The notes beneath the pieces were generated by a model that saw only the letters and a program-made list of their open reading frames with translations, made no database searches and was not told the DNA's origin. A DNA stretch of 64,000 nucleotides from Zygnema circumcarinatum SAG 698-1b (taxonomy: Eukaryota; Plantae; Zygnematophyceae). Where the stretch lies: assembly GCA_037447605.1 (NCBI GenBank), contig CM074807.1:2046001-2110000 (forward strand), written 5' to 3'. The translations under genes were made by a program, and so were the position numbers. Below are positions 37,901-50,123 of the stretch, in pieces; position 1 is the first letter of the stretch; each line of letters opens with the position of its first letter.

Positions 37901-39810
37901 GGGCACCTGATCTGTTGATTTCTCTCCGAAGATGGTCCTCAACCTGTCTGAGATGATCCTGTATGGATCCTCGTTCCGCTGCCAAAGATTGCAAGAACAC
38001 CACAGAAGGAACTCAGTGAGTGAATCAACCTGCTTCTGGATTTTATCGGATGAAACAACAAGCTAACCATGTTGATGGCAGGAACTTGCAGAACGAATCT
38101 CGTCTCTTGTATCAGAAGACCATTGAGAATAACGTAAAGACCGAGCGCTATCCTGTACTCCGTATAAACGGCCCAAGAACATATCTGGACAACCCCAGGC
38201 TATTTGGGCATGGCTGTTTTCAGCCAAGATTCAGATGGGAGTCCGACATCCAATACCGTGAGTGTCTCAACATATACAGACCTATCAGGTATTGTTGGAT
38301 CCCTCATACAATGATCACAAATGTACCATGTCCAACTTGCTTCATGCGTTAAGTTCAAAACGAATGCTCTGGCCAAGGCTGAGGCTATTTTCTTTAAGCG
38401 TGGCGGGAAATATGAAATATGGTGTGTCATTACATTTCCCGAAACAATAGAATTCGAAACCAGGACATGCATTCCTCGGAAATAAGTAGTAAGCGCAAAG
38501 TTCAAAAATACTGCATTTGAAATAAATTCCAAAGTGCAATGCCAAAGTCTGATACGCCCTAATGCTGCTGTCGTTTTTCACTATCTCATTGACCGATGCT
38601 TCCGTGGTTTCAGAGGCGTCCAGCTGAACTGTGCAAGGCTGAGCGAAAAACGAACATGTGAGGATATCTAACCCAGAAACGAGGATGTGCTTACCTGAAC
38701 TTTGTAAACAATTTCCGCTGCCTCCTGAGTGATGCCTGGTAAATAAATGAATCCAAGAGCCACCAATGCTGCTACTGTAAGAAGATACATGGTTGCGACT
38801 ATGAATCTTCTCCGCCTAGCAAATGCTGGGATGACTTGCTGCACTCGAGCCACCATCGAGTTGCCTATAACAGACAGCACAAATGTGCCCATAAAAATCT
38901 GTAGGTCCAACAAACCCATTGACATGTTAGCATCTGGATATAAGCGAAACCAACGCAATAAACAACACATTGAGTGGGATTTCACCTGGACTTTCGAGTC
39001 AAAGTGCACACTAGACTTTCCGTTCAACCTTCCTGGCTTTGAAAATAGGGACAAGTGTCAAGCCAGGCAAGCTGATTAGCCGAGAAGCAAAACCCAATTG
39101 GCTAGACCAAGCATCTTCCAAAAATGGCTACAGACCATCATGATCCCAAAAAAAAATGAAGCAGAAACTTCTTCCCTACAGCACTGGCAGCAGACTCTTG
39201 CAGGCGTTGGTGTCTTTTCAACACTCATTGACCTGAGCATGCGCGACATCACCACAAACAGACGAAGGAAGTTGTAGCCAATCTTCCTCTGTTGTGGCTA
39301 GAGTCAAACAAGGTCATAGAACAGAGGAGGTCAACAACCGTCGCAACAATTGCCATGACACAAACATAGGAAAGAACTCACCCCCAGAAAGTCACGAAGT
39401 TGATAAACTGCTAAGGCAATTGTGGACCACACAGCTATTCGAAGTGTTGGCACCCTCCGCATGAAGGACCCTGAACTTAGAATAACATAAGCTTCAGGCA
39501 TTTCTTCATTTCCTTCGTCAGAATTCAACTTTTCTTGTATTCCCACTGCTGCTTGTATAGGAGGAGACGAAGGTGGTACTGTCGAACTTGCCGCGACAGG
39601 ATATTTTCCCGTTCGTCCATTGGTCGCCTTACGAAATACAAGCCTTCGGTATGCAAGCTTCTGGTAACGCACTGGCCTTACGAAATCGTGTCGTAAGGCC
39701 GCAACTGAATTTCCCCTTCCTTTTGGAATAGCGTCGCTGACAATAGCAGAACGTCTCGGAGTCACTATCAAAGGGCTCGAAAACGTTGATGGGAAGTCCC
39801 TCGCCACCAT
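34952..39810 (-). CDS. AI-2E family (UPF0118/PerM) membrane transporter with putative plastid transit peptide
   Basis: Exons (minus strand) 39810-39382, 38898-38695, 37978-37907, 37511-37461, 37061-36933, 36606-36487, 36286-36078, 35606-35515, 35118-34952. Motifs FLCSFVPVAG, HAVEAYILNPAIY, LKLHP and ALGVWGLLVAVP fit the AI-2E family. The start is uncertain because a possible acceptor at 39873-39871 allows an upstream exon. Confidence 0.85.
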
Positions 39811-41459
39811 ACTTCCAAACTGCCAGCCAGAAGCAGATGCTGCCAGATGATTCAATTGCAGCACAAGCGGCTGTCAAGTTCTAGTCATGAGTTGCCAAAT
39901 GCAGAATAATTTTGAAGTATCTCCATGGGTTTCTAGCATTTTTTAAACTGTGTAACAAAGAGAAAGCTTTGCTGCCGTTTGGTTGTAATCGCTAGGCTTC
40001 ACAGGCTAACAAATGTGTCAGGAACCCTGTCGTCAGTCCCTCAATAGCTATCCAAAATGCCTCGCAAAACCATACTTTAATGGCCAAACTCACAATGACA
40101 CGACGAAGCTACCATAATGAAATGTTCATGACTCTCCAGCTGATCTGTCCATGACTTTAGCATTTTAAAGAGTTCATTTTCATTCCTTCTTTAACACATT
40201 TCAGATTTTTTTCATTGCGAAACTAGCATTTTACGAGTATGTAGAAAGTAAATGCTCATAGTTGCATGGTACACAATAAGACTTTGTCATATCTACAAGG
40301 TTGATAGGCATATAAAGTCTCGAAGGCCTAAAAAATCGAGTCTTAGTAGCATGCTCTATTTATTGCAATAGCTATTTTTAAAGGTTTCGTGCTGGCAGAT
40401 CTACGTCAAATCCTGCGCAGAACCACCTTGCCATTTGTAACCACGTGTATCTCAGGAAATGATTGCGACCACCAATCTCCTTTTCGGCATCTCGTCTTCC
40501 TCTTTTCTTCGACTTTAGTGGTTTTGGGCCACTCCCTTGTGTTTTCGAATACAGTGGGAGTGGGTTTGTGACGAGCACCTGCATGACAGCGCGCCCGCAA
40601 GTTCTCCAAGTTTGGTGATTTCTGCAACCATTTGCCAACGGCAGCAGGCCTCCCTCGGCGATTCGAACAGAGCTGGTGTGCTCACAACTGTCAAAGTTGC
40701 GTGAGAGAGGATTACGAGAAATGTGGCAGTACTGACTGGCAGGCTCCTGACTGCGGCTTATTGGTCGTGCCCTGTTGCGGGCTGAGTCCGCGCTGCCATA
40801 AATGCAGTTGCCTCCTGCAGCAGGAGCATGCGGTGGGCGAATGCGGCAGCTCAATCTGTCAAGTGCAGTCGGCATTGATGAAGACTGTTGCTATGAACCG
40901 CATTCAGCACTTCGGGGACATTCTCTTCAAGAACTGAATGATCCAAGAGTTTCAGTGAAAAATATGGACTCGAAACAGCGCCGCAGTAAAACTGCCAGGT
41001 GTCTGGGTTGCCGTTAATCTCCAGGCAAATACTAGAGCGCACGCATAACTGCTTTTCGGTATACAAAGAGGCGCGGCTGCCTGCCCGGCCGCCCGCCCAC
41101 CCGCCCGCTGTACCGTAAATCCTCTAGAGAGGGAGGGAGGGAGGGAGGCCAGGCCCAGGCACGCTTAGGAAGGCAAGCACCTGGCAGGCAGGCGCACTCT
41201 CCTTCCCTCCCTCCCTCCCTCGGCCTGGATCCTTTGGCGGGCAGCCACGAGGGTTTCCTCCCGCCTGCCCGCTCGCCCGGGCAGCGCGGCGCCGCCCGCC
41301 ACTTGTCCGGCCCTCCTACATGCCTTCACCGTGTTGGCAAGGGAGAGGGCGCCACGTGGCGGGGCCGCGCCTCGACGTGGCCTACGCTCGCCGCTGTTCC
41401 ATGCTCCTCCTGTTGGACGGCCAGAACGGCGCAGCCCCCCCGCTGCACACACACGCGCG

Positions 41460-41500
41460 CATGGGCATGGGCATGGACATGGGCATGGACATGGACATGC
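41460..41500. repeat. (CATGGR)6-CATGC hexamer repeat
   Basis: CATGGG CATGGG CATGGA CATGGG CATGGA CATGGA CATGC read directly. Confidence 0.85.
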
Positions 41501-41682
41501 TGCGCGATGGGAAACACGCCCAAAGATGCTGCTTGCGACCTGCGCTCCTCCGGCGTGAAGCCGCGGGGGGTTGGTGGTGGTGGCCTTCCGCCGCTCCTTC
41601 CCGCCCTCCCTCCCTCCCTCCCTCCGCGCGATTGGCCATCGATCGGCGACCTTCGCGGCTGCGTCGAGGGAGGGCTGCGTTG

Positions 41683-41790
41683 TTGCGCCTAGCCGTAGCT
41701 TTTCGCTCCTAGCCTTTTCATTGTGTCCTTAGGTACTCGACCAGTTCCTCGTGGTTCCCCATCGCCATCGTGAGATCAATGCCACTTCCC
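41683..41790 (+). repeat. Dispersed repeat family, copy C (internally deleted)
   Basis: CGACCAGTTCCTCGTGGTTCCCC is joined directly to ATCGCCATCGTGAGATCAATGCCACTTCC. Upstream homology to copy B extends to about 41683. Confidence 0.88.
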
Positions 41791-42311
41791 ATTCCCCTCG
41801 ATTGTAAAAGTAACCTTGCAATAAGCAAGTCCATGTGCCCGTACCGGCTACTTCCAATGCGCGCACGCCATTGGTTGGGCTGCTGCGGCGTGGTGCTCGT
41901 ACCCGCTCGAGCACTCTGCAGTTCGTGGGGGTGGGTACACACGGCACATCGACCGGCCAAAGCCCGAACCCCCCCCCAGCCCGTGTGCGGCAGTCTGACA
42001 CCCACCCCCCCCTTCCCGGCGAACGGAATGGAGGGTGCCGTTCCCGCCCGCCGTTGAAACCGCTGGTGCCCCGCCTCACACGTGGCAGTCCACGAGGGTC
42101 CACATGTCTTATCCAACGGCCAACAGCCGAAACTTGTACACGTGTCATTCTACGTGGCAGTGAACGTGGTATATCCAACGGTTCCCATCCACCGGGCTCC
42201 CGCGTGGTGCCCGTACACGCACCTTCCAATGCGCGCACTCGCAGTCGAGTGGCGAGGCCCGGACACTTAAGCTAAGGGCGGAGGAGGAGGAGCCTGGTGG
42301 AGTGGGGCGCC

Positions 42312-45300
42312 ATGGAGCCGGATGCGAGCGTGGAGAGCGCGGCCACCATCCGCGTGGTGGTGCTGCAGGTCGGAGAGGTGTCCTCCTCCGTCTTCCGCCA
42401 ATACTCGTCTCTCGTTATGAGTCAGCGGTGCGCTCCTTACTGACCCAATTTTCAATGCTGTGCGAGTTCGGGCCACTGAATGTGGCCACGCAGCAAATAT
42501 ATTTTCTACGCAGCAAGTGCACGCTGAGCCTGAGGTTTTCTATTCCACCTTGTCGTTTTGTCCGGTGGCTTGTGGAATACAGAAGGATAGACTTAAATAA
42601 CGCGCTGTCGTTTTATAAGGCAGACCAGAAAAGCCCCTTTCCACTGCAGGTAAGTTCTTTGTTGACTGAGAAGTGCATGCCCGTCCTTGTTCAAATACCT
42701 AGTCATGTACTTCGATCCGTTGAAAAACGTGAACCTCATTATCTCAGCAGGCAATTCGCCTGCAAGGCCGAAAGCAACGTTTTTTACTCCTTGGTTTGAA
42801 GCAGATACTTTTATTTGTTTTTTCAAGGATATGGTAGAGGGATTTGTGGTTGACAGCCATGGGATACAGGCTATCTTCGCTTCAAATTCATAGTTGGTAG
42901 TGCGGCACGCAATCAATGGGAAGACTTTCAAGCGCAACGTAAAGTCCATGGCGTTATTGGCATAGTTCACTGCCCACAATCTCCAGACATTGGAGAGGCA
43001 TACGAGGAATTCATCCAAGCATGCCGAGCATACCCTTCAGCGCAAGCCAAACGGTGCTTTGCATTTGATCCCAGCGAAGCGCAGGTATAGGTTCAAGCAT
43101 GGCTCTACTGATTAAAGAAGAAAGAGGATTGGTCTTGAATTCCGAAACGTAAATAGATTTTTTTCGTCCTCGCGTGATGTTTGTAAGGAGTTGGCATTGG
43201 CTTACCAAAACCGACTGCAACCGAAATTCTTTTACCTAATTGCCGTTCCTACATCAATCTTAAAATTTTTAATGTCTAGACTGAGATAGTGCTTACAGAT
43301 TCATGTTGACCTAGAGCGACTCCCTCACCTGCTTGTAAGCTGAAGAAGCATAGTTGCCTTTTCTTTTTTAACCTTTTGCAATTTCTATATACTCTTTGGC
43401 TTATGAGCCCATCTTTCTTGCGGCTGAACCAACTTCTAAGAAAGGCTGGCCATACGTTGCTTTGGTGATAATTGTGATGTTAGTTCAATTGGTCAAGCGT
43501 GCACTATGCTTAAACTAGCAGTGTAGGTCGCTTTGAAGACATTTGTAAATTTCAATGCTGCTAGCTGGAAGTGACAGAATCTTACCGATACTCCATGAGC
43601 TTTAAGGGTGTCACCTTGACAAGTTAGTAACCGTATTCTTTATGTGAATTGACTTGACTTATTCTCTTGGAGCATTAAAGTTAAGAAGTTCGTGATATCT
43701 ATACAGTTAGCTCTTACTTGTCTAATTAATGAAGAGGCATCAACGTGATCATTCCTTTAGGAGACATGCTGGTGGTGATGATTAAATGGTGTTTCGTTGG
43801 TCAACTTATTGGACAGCCATTGAAGTAAGAATGGCGAGCTTACTTGCAGGTTGAGCAAGATGACAAGAGACGGAAACACCTCATTCTTTTTCCCTGGGGA
43901 GACCCACAAAAATTGGTTGGAGACATGATGCTTGATTTCGCAGCCACTATGCTGATGGCATTTGAAAGCTGGGTGGTGCACCCAGTAGGCGCTATTCTCA
44001 CTACTCCACTGGACTCGCAGACCTCATTGTCAACTGAGGAGGTAAGCTATCTTTCTTCCTATTCTCCAAAGGCCAAAGTCAAAGCTTCCAGGACGTATGC
44101 TCAGCACTCAGCCATTCGTAACAGCTGTTCTTAAATGATACTAGGATCTCTATCCTCAAAGTAATGAGATGCAGAACTCCGCATTTCAAGGTTTCAGAGA
44201 AGTCAGAAACAAGACGATTAGGAGCAAAGGCCGAGAGGGCTCTATAATCAGTGGGACAGACAAGCCGCATTGAAGCCCCCTCGCGATTTGTTTGATTGCC
44301 GTGGTAATAAACTAAGTAGAAAATGTTTCGAAGCCTGTTTCATTCAGTTTATAAATGGCAACCCTGATCATGGATATGTCCAATCTCCTTATTCGTTTGC
44401 ATCCACAGTTTGTCTCAAAGAAAAAGAATAGAAAGAGAGTTATTACACGTGTCCTCATTCGGGCCTGTCTTGTTTACAATAGGGGAAGAAGCGTCGACTG
44501 GGACGGATTCAAAAATCGATTGGAGACTATTGCCTTCTAGCCGGCTCTCCTCGAGATGCTCACGAGCATTACTCCTCCGCCTTGGACCTTGCCAGACTGA
44601 GCAATGATGTGTTTTGGCAGGCGGGGGCCCTTGAGGGCATTACCACTGCCATTGTGGTATGTCAAATATCACTTTTTTGAAGTCAAGTTTAGTTGTTTGT
44701 CCACTCGTTTACTTTGTACAGCATCAAGGGAGAGTACTTTGTCCTGTTCTCCTTTTTTAACACGGATGGGCTTTTTGACCTGCCTAATGCCACGTCTAAA
44801 CAACGGAGATATTTCTCTTTGGTAGGAGATGCTTATTGTTTATGGCTTACATGCATTGGGAGCCTTCAGAAAGGAAAGCTATGGTGTCTTGGTTTGTATG
44901 GCCAATGTGGCATGGAGCTGGAGTGTTCTCAGTTCTTTTAATGGAAAGCTGCCAGACGTCTGGCATACCTTCATGCAGACGTATAAATGGGTCACAGAGA
45001 TGCTTACTCAATGAATGAAGGTGTACTTCTGTTGACAGTCGAAAGGTAGTCTTGGTGAGCAGGTTGACACTGGAGAGAAAACTGAGATGTTGGAAACAAC
45101 AGTTCGTGAAAACTATAAAGAAGTGCTGCAGCTTTACCGGAGGTAGGCTGCATTATGCTTCAGATTTCACGTGATGGCAGTTATACCCTCCTGGTTGTAA
45201 CCCATGAACTATACGTAGAGAGACATTTGAGTCCGCAGGGACTTTTATTGAGATTCTTACCTTTGAGCTGTACTTTTCCTTCACCTCCGTAGGTGCATGT

Positions 45301-48300
45301 GGGGTCCTGATCTACCATTTGTTAGTTATGTTTGTTGCTATGGTTATTATGGCTCTGTGTAGGAAGTGTTCAGATCAGATTGTTTGCCCCTCATCGGATT
45401 GGTCAGGGGGGGGGTTCGCAGAAGTTCTGCTCCATTGTTTGAGCTGGAGGCTGCTCTCAAGTTGGCGCGCTACCTCTGCAGGTGCCGCAGCCCTCGCAGC
45501 CTTTTCTATGGCAGTCAATTGGCAGCTCATTGAGGGGGCTTATGTGCCTATGAAGCCGGACGAGCTGCGTTCACACTGAAGTGGAACTGCCCGTCAATCA
45601 CAGCGGAAGCAAGTTTGTGACTGCAGGAAGGAATTGGCCAGGCATGTGGTGGAGCTGCTCTCCGGTGCCGTTGAAACAGGCCGACTGCTAGCCAATTCAA
45701 ACGATCGTTTAGTGCTTTACATGGAGGTGTGTGCTGCCTTCCTTACTGGCATGGCCCCCTCTCTCTCTCTCTCTCGCGCGCTCCCTCTGTGTCTCTCCCC
45801 CTCCCTCCCTTTCCCCCCCCCCCCCCTCTTGCTGTCTACGCGAAAGTTCAGCAGTGACTTCGGCAGTCCGAGTGCTCGAGCATTATGTTGGAAACCCCAT
45901 CTGTAGATTCAGGTTGCAACCTGACGAGCAAGGTTCTATTTTGTCGCTAATAGATGTAAGTTTGCCCTGATTTCATGGCAGGTGCATGGCCATAAGCAGT
46001 GTTTTTGGTGCTGGTGATGTCAATGACCATGTCTTCAAGTGCGCCTTTTCTCCCACAGGTGGCGAAGATTTTTGCGAAGCTCGGGTATGAACGCAAGGCC
46101 GCTTTCTTCGCCCGCCAAGTCGCCCAGCTTTACCAGACGCAGGACTCCCGCTATGCCGCCATTAGCACGCTTCAGATTCTCAACCTTACGGCACCCCTTT
46201 ACAAAGTTCAGTCACAAGGGTCGATTTACTCTACCAGTCCTGCACTGCCCGTGGTAAGTGCTTCATTACAATCTTTGCCGGATGTGAGTCCATGCTGTCT
46301 TCCCTTTTTTTTTTTTTTAGCTAGTTCTCGCTGCCATGTTTGCAGGTTTGTCTGAAATGGGGTGTCTGATTAGAGAAGCATATTGAGGAAAGAACAGTTG
46401 CAGGTATTGCTGGTAATGTTGCTGTTGTTTACATGTTACCCTTGTCCTAAGTGTAATGCAACCACTTCTGTTTGCTTTCTCTTGACAACCTTTACGAAGT
46501 TAGGCATGATTTTGATCATTATATTTCCTGTTTCCGGCCAGCCTTGACTGGGACTCTGCTGCTGAATGCAGGAGGGGCTCTCCGAGCAATACAAGCCCAC
46601 CTCCCGCAGTCTGCAGCAAGCCTCTCGGGAGAAGGGAGAGGGGCAATGGACAAATCTGCAGATGGATTTGCTGGGAGATATTGTTGCTATGGCAATGCGT
46701 GCAGGGGAGCCCCTTGTGGCATGGGCTGCTGCCGCTCGTCTCCTCCGCAGCCACTACCCCCTCATCACTCCCGCAGGGCAGGCAGCTCTCGCTGCAGCTC
46801 TCTCTGCCTCCGCCGGCCGTCTCCCGCGGGGCACGCGCTGCTATGACCCAGCACTTCCCTTCATCAGGTCACTCACATACTCAATACCTTCCTTATATGA
46901 CCTACTTTGGGTATCATCCTATCCACAATAACTGTGGAGTTGCAGTCTTGATGTTTTCTGTATGTTGACTTTCATGTGCAAACTGTCATTTCTCCAAAGG
47001 CCTCGCACGCCATTTATGTCTACCTTTTTTGGGACTGGTCGAGGAAATGTATATATGGAAACGGCACCATCTGGTATTCTGAAAGTGGGTGGGTGGGAGG
47101 GATATCACAGACTGCACAGCTTTCCGAGCAACCCTGCCGCAGCGCAAATTGTGAAGCGCACACCTGGGAAGGAGGACTGGTGGAATGGGCCGGCGGGGAT
47201 GGGGCCGTTCATTTACACGCCGTTCAGCACTCGAGGGTCGCAGGAGAAGGAGAAGAGGGAAACTCTCTGGGTGGCAGGCGAGGTGGTACAGGTATTGTTT
47301 CTCCTCTACTGCCCCTTCCCTGTGGCTTCTTTGAAAGGTTGGTGCTCTTGTTGATCTCGCTGACATTATATTCTTTTCATGTATATGAATTTTAACCCCA
47401 AAAACCCTCGAAACAAAACAATGGTGCGTGCTTGCCATTTCCATTTCAGTGCGGATTTCAACGTTGATCAAACACTTGCATTCGTGGTTGTGCAGGCAAT
47501 GGTGGAACTGGCCAATCCGTGCTCGTTTGAGGTGGAGGTTGAGAGCATTTCCCTCAGTGTGACTGGAAACTTCGAGGCCTTCCCTGTGTCCATCTCCCTC
47601 CCCCCCAACACATCGTCCCAACTCCTCCCTCTCGCGGGAGTCCCCCGCTCGGAAGGTCCGGCCACAATTCGCGGCTGCTTTGTGCGATGCTTTGGGGTGC
47701 TGGTCGAACATTGCTTTGAAAATGTATGGGAGGTCTCCAGTGCAGCTCGCGGTACAGTGTTGGCAGATCCATTTCGAGGAGCCGACTTGAAACGCTCTCT
47801 CACTCCAAGCACAGAGGTGGTAGTGGTGCCCCCCTTGCCATTACTCGTGGCGGTAGTGGGGGGAGGGGAGGGTGCTCCGGTGCTATTTGAAGGAGAGGAG
47901 CGGGAAATTCAACTCAAATTGACGAATGCAGGAGCTGTTTCAGTGTGTTCAGCCAACATGGCTTTGTTGGGAAGGCAGAAGGAGCAAGTGGCCTACTTGG
48001 ATGCCCCTGCCCTTCAGAGGGCTCTCCCTCTACTTCCGGGAGCATCTGTCAGTGTGACCATCCGCTTGCTGGCACAGTTTCTCAGCAATGAGAAGTCTGA
48101 AGCTGGAAACAAGAAAGGAGGTGGAAATCATTCTGCTGTTCCAGGGACCAAGGAGGATACGAGTGTAATGATAGTCATCCATTATGCAGGTGCAGCAAAC
48201 TTTCAAGCCGTTGACCCACATTCACTGATGTCGTTGCCGTTACTTTCTGCCGTCTACAGGTGTGCACCCGTGATCCTTCTCTAATGGAAGGATCTGAGGG

Positions 48301-49962
48301 TTTAGGATCATGGGACGCGAATGAATGAGAGTTACATTGGCTGCTATTGGCATTGGGAATGGGAACAGGTCCCGAGGACTCTCCTACAGGGGACGATGAG
48401 GGTGGGGAGGTCGGGAAGGCTCGGAAAACTCGCAGCAATGTGCTCCCCCCTGGGCGGAGACTAACCGTGCCAGTTCAGCTGCATGCTCAACGTGGGCTTT
48501 ATCTTGTTAAAGCAAGGTTGCTGGCTATGGGAGGGACGGCCGGTGCCGGTGGGAGAGGGTTGGCAAAGACGGAGGGCACGATCACAGTTAAGACGCCGCG
48601 AGGTACAGCGGGAGGGAAAAAGGACCTTGAGCTCGCAGATGTGCCTGTCCGAGAGGCAAAGGGGCTTCGCCTTCTTGAGCTTGAACTGTGGAATGGCACC
48701 GATGTGGGGTTTGAGGTGTCCACTTCCGTTGTCACAGGGCTCGATCGAGTCAGTGGGAAGGGCGGTACAGTGGAACACAATCAGTCCAAGCACGAATTGA
48801 CAAAGGGACACAGACGCACTCGTGTCGACCGCGAATGCTCAGCTCGTGTCCTCATTCCCCTTGAGCCCTTCCAGGAGAACCGAAATACTGACAATGCTAT
48901 GCCGGCAGAGTCGTTAGGCGAGCCACTCAAAGCCAAAAAGCAGTTTGTTCTGCCCCAAAATGCAGCAGAGGCCCGAGCTGCAGCAGAGTATGAAGCTGCT
49001 GTCGAAGCTATTTGCTCGAGAATCAGAGTCCAATGGCATTCCGGCCGCAATAGCCATGGTGTGCTGCAAATTCGGAGGGCGGTGCTTGAAGCATTGAAGG
49101 GGCCCGCCCTTGACATCCTCCTCCCTGATCTCGTGTCTTTCAGTTTTCGCCTCCGCCCCCTGGGAAGTAGCACCAAGGTCAGAGAGTCAGCAAGCAAGGG
49201 TCCGAGGCAGAACGAGGACAGCGAAGCTGTGGTGGCGAGGGAGCTGACGCTGGTGGAACTAACTGTGCACAACAGCAGCGAGCAGACGATGGTGATGAGT
49301 TTGAGCATTACTTGCCGAGATGTTACGGGAGCCAACTGCATGGGAGGAACAGGAGTGAAAGCCACCGCTTTCTGGGCAGGTAGGGATGTCTCTTCCAGCT
49401 TTTACGCCCCTCGCAGTGTTTGTTTACCTTCAATCCAGTACTTTTTGGCATAGCTGGTTATTTTGATATGTCGGCAATTGATGGACCCCTTTGTGGAATC
49501 AGTCTGCTACAGGTGTCAATATCTCTTCATTTTCAAGATCTTCCTGCATGCATGTGGCCTTGTCCATGTGTCTGTATGTAGAAAGCTCAATATCCTTAGC
49601 TACCACTGCTCATTCTGCCGGTCACTTTATTGTGTTAAGAAATGGACCACTAGTGGTTTCGTGGTGAAGTGATCGGATCCTTACCTCAAAAGCCGCTGTG
49701 TTCAGGTGTTATGAATGGCGCAGAGGTGGATGTGCCTCCATGGGGTGAAGCTGTGCACCAATTTTCCCTCTGTTTTCTCATCCCTGGCGAGTACACCCTC
49801 CTCGCAGCGGCAATTGTGGAGCTGCGAGCTCAGAGTGCTTCTGGGCTGCCTGCAAACGACGAGACAGGTTTGCAGCGCATATGTTGCAGCGGATTGCCTC
49901 ACCAAGTGGTGGTGGTTGCAAATGTCAACACGGCAGATATGTCATCGCCACTGTACGAATAA
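42312..49962 (+). CDS. TRS120: TRAPPII subunit TRS120 / TRAPPC9
   Basis: Starts MEPDASVESAATIRVVVL. Later exons give FYKADQKSPF, PWDTGYLRFKF, WEDFQAQRKV, KKRRLGRIQKSIGDYCLLAGSP, AKLGYERKAAFFARQVAQLY, PFIYTPF and WVAGE, and the last exon ends ...SSPLYE* at 49962. Not every internal exon boundary was mapped. Confidence 0.95.
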
Positions 49963-50010
49963 GGTAAGGCAATAGAAACCATGTTTAAGACGATCAACTT
50001 TAGCAGCAAG

Positions 50011-50123
50011 GGAGTGGCATTGATCTCACGATGGCGAGGCCATCGAATGTACATGGACGAAGTCAACATGGGGGAACCACAAGGAACTGGTCGCAAAGGA
50101 CCTTAAGCACAAAAGAAAAAAGC
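50011..50123 (-). repeat. Dispersed repeat family, copy D (inverted), just 3' of the TRS120 stop
   Basis: GGAGTGGCATTGATCTCACGATGGCGAGGCCATC...GGGGAACCACAAGGAACTGGTCGCAAAGGACCT is the reverse complement of copy B. Confidence 0.9.

Noticed and set aside
40378-41066. Minus-strand ORFs upstream of the AI-2E gene, one ending PEIHVVTNGKVVLRRI (faintly like a bHLH ACT-like domain)
   Set aside because: There is no bHLH domain and no consistent exon chain, and the similarity is too short. Probably UTR or intron.
41128-41226. (GGAG)n and (CTCC)n tracts forming an inverted pair
   Set aside because: Simple-sequence tracts like these are common near 5' ends in this window, and pairing follows trivially from low complexity.
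44409-44438. Lys/Arg-rich mini-exon FVSKKKNRKR in TRS120
   Set aside because: It would leave a 44-nt intron with a weak donor, much shorter than the other introns I mapped here.
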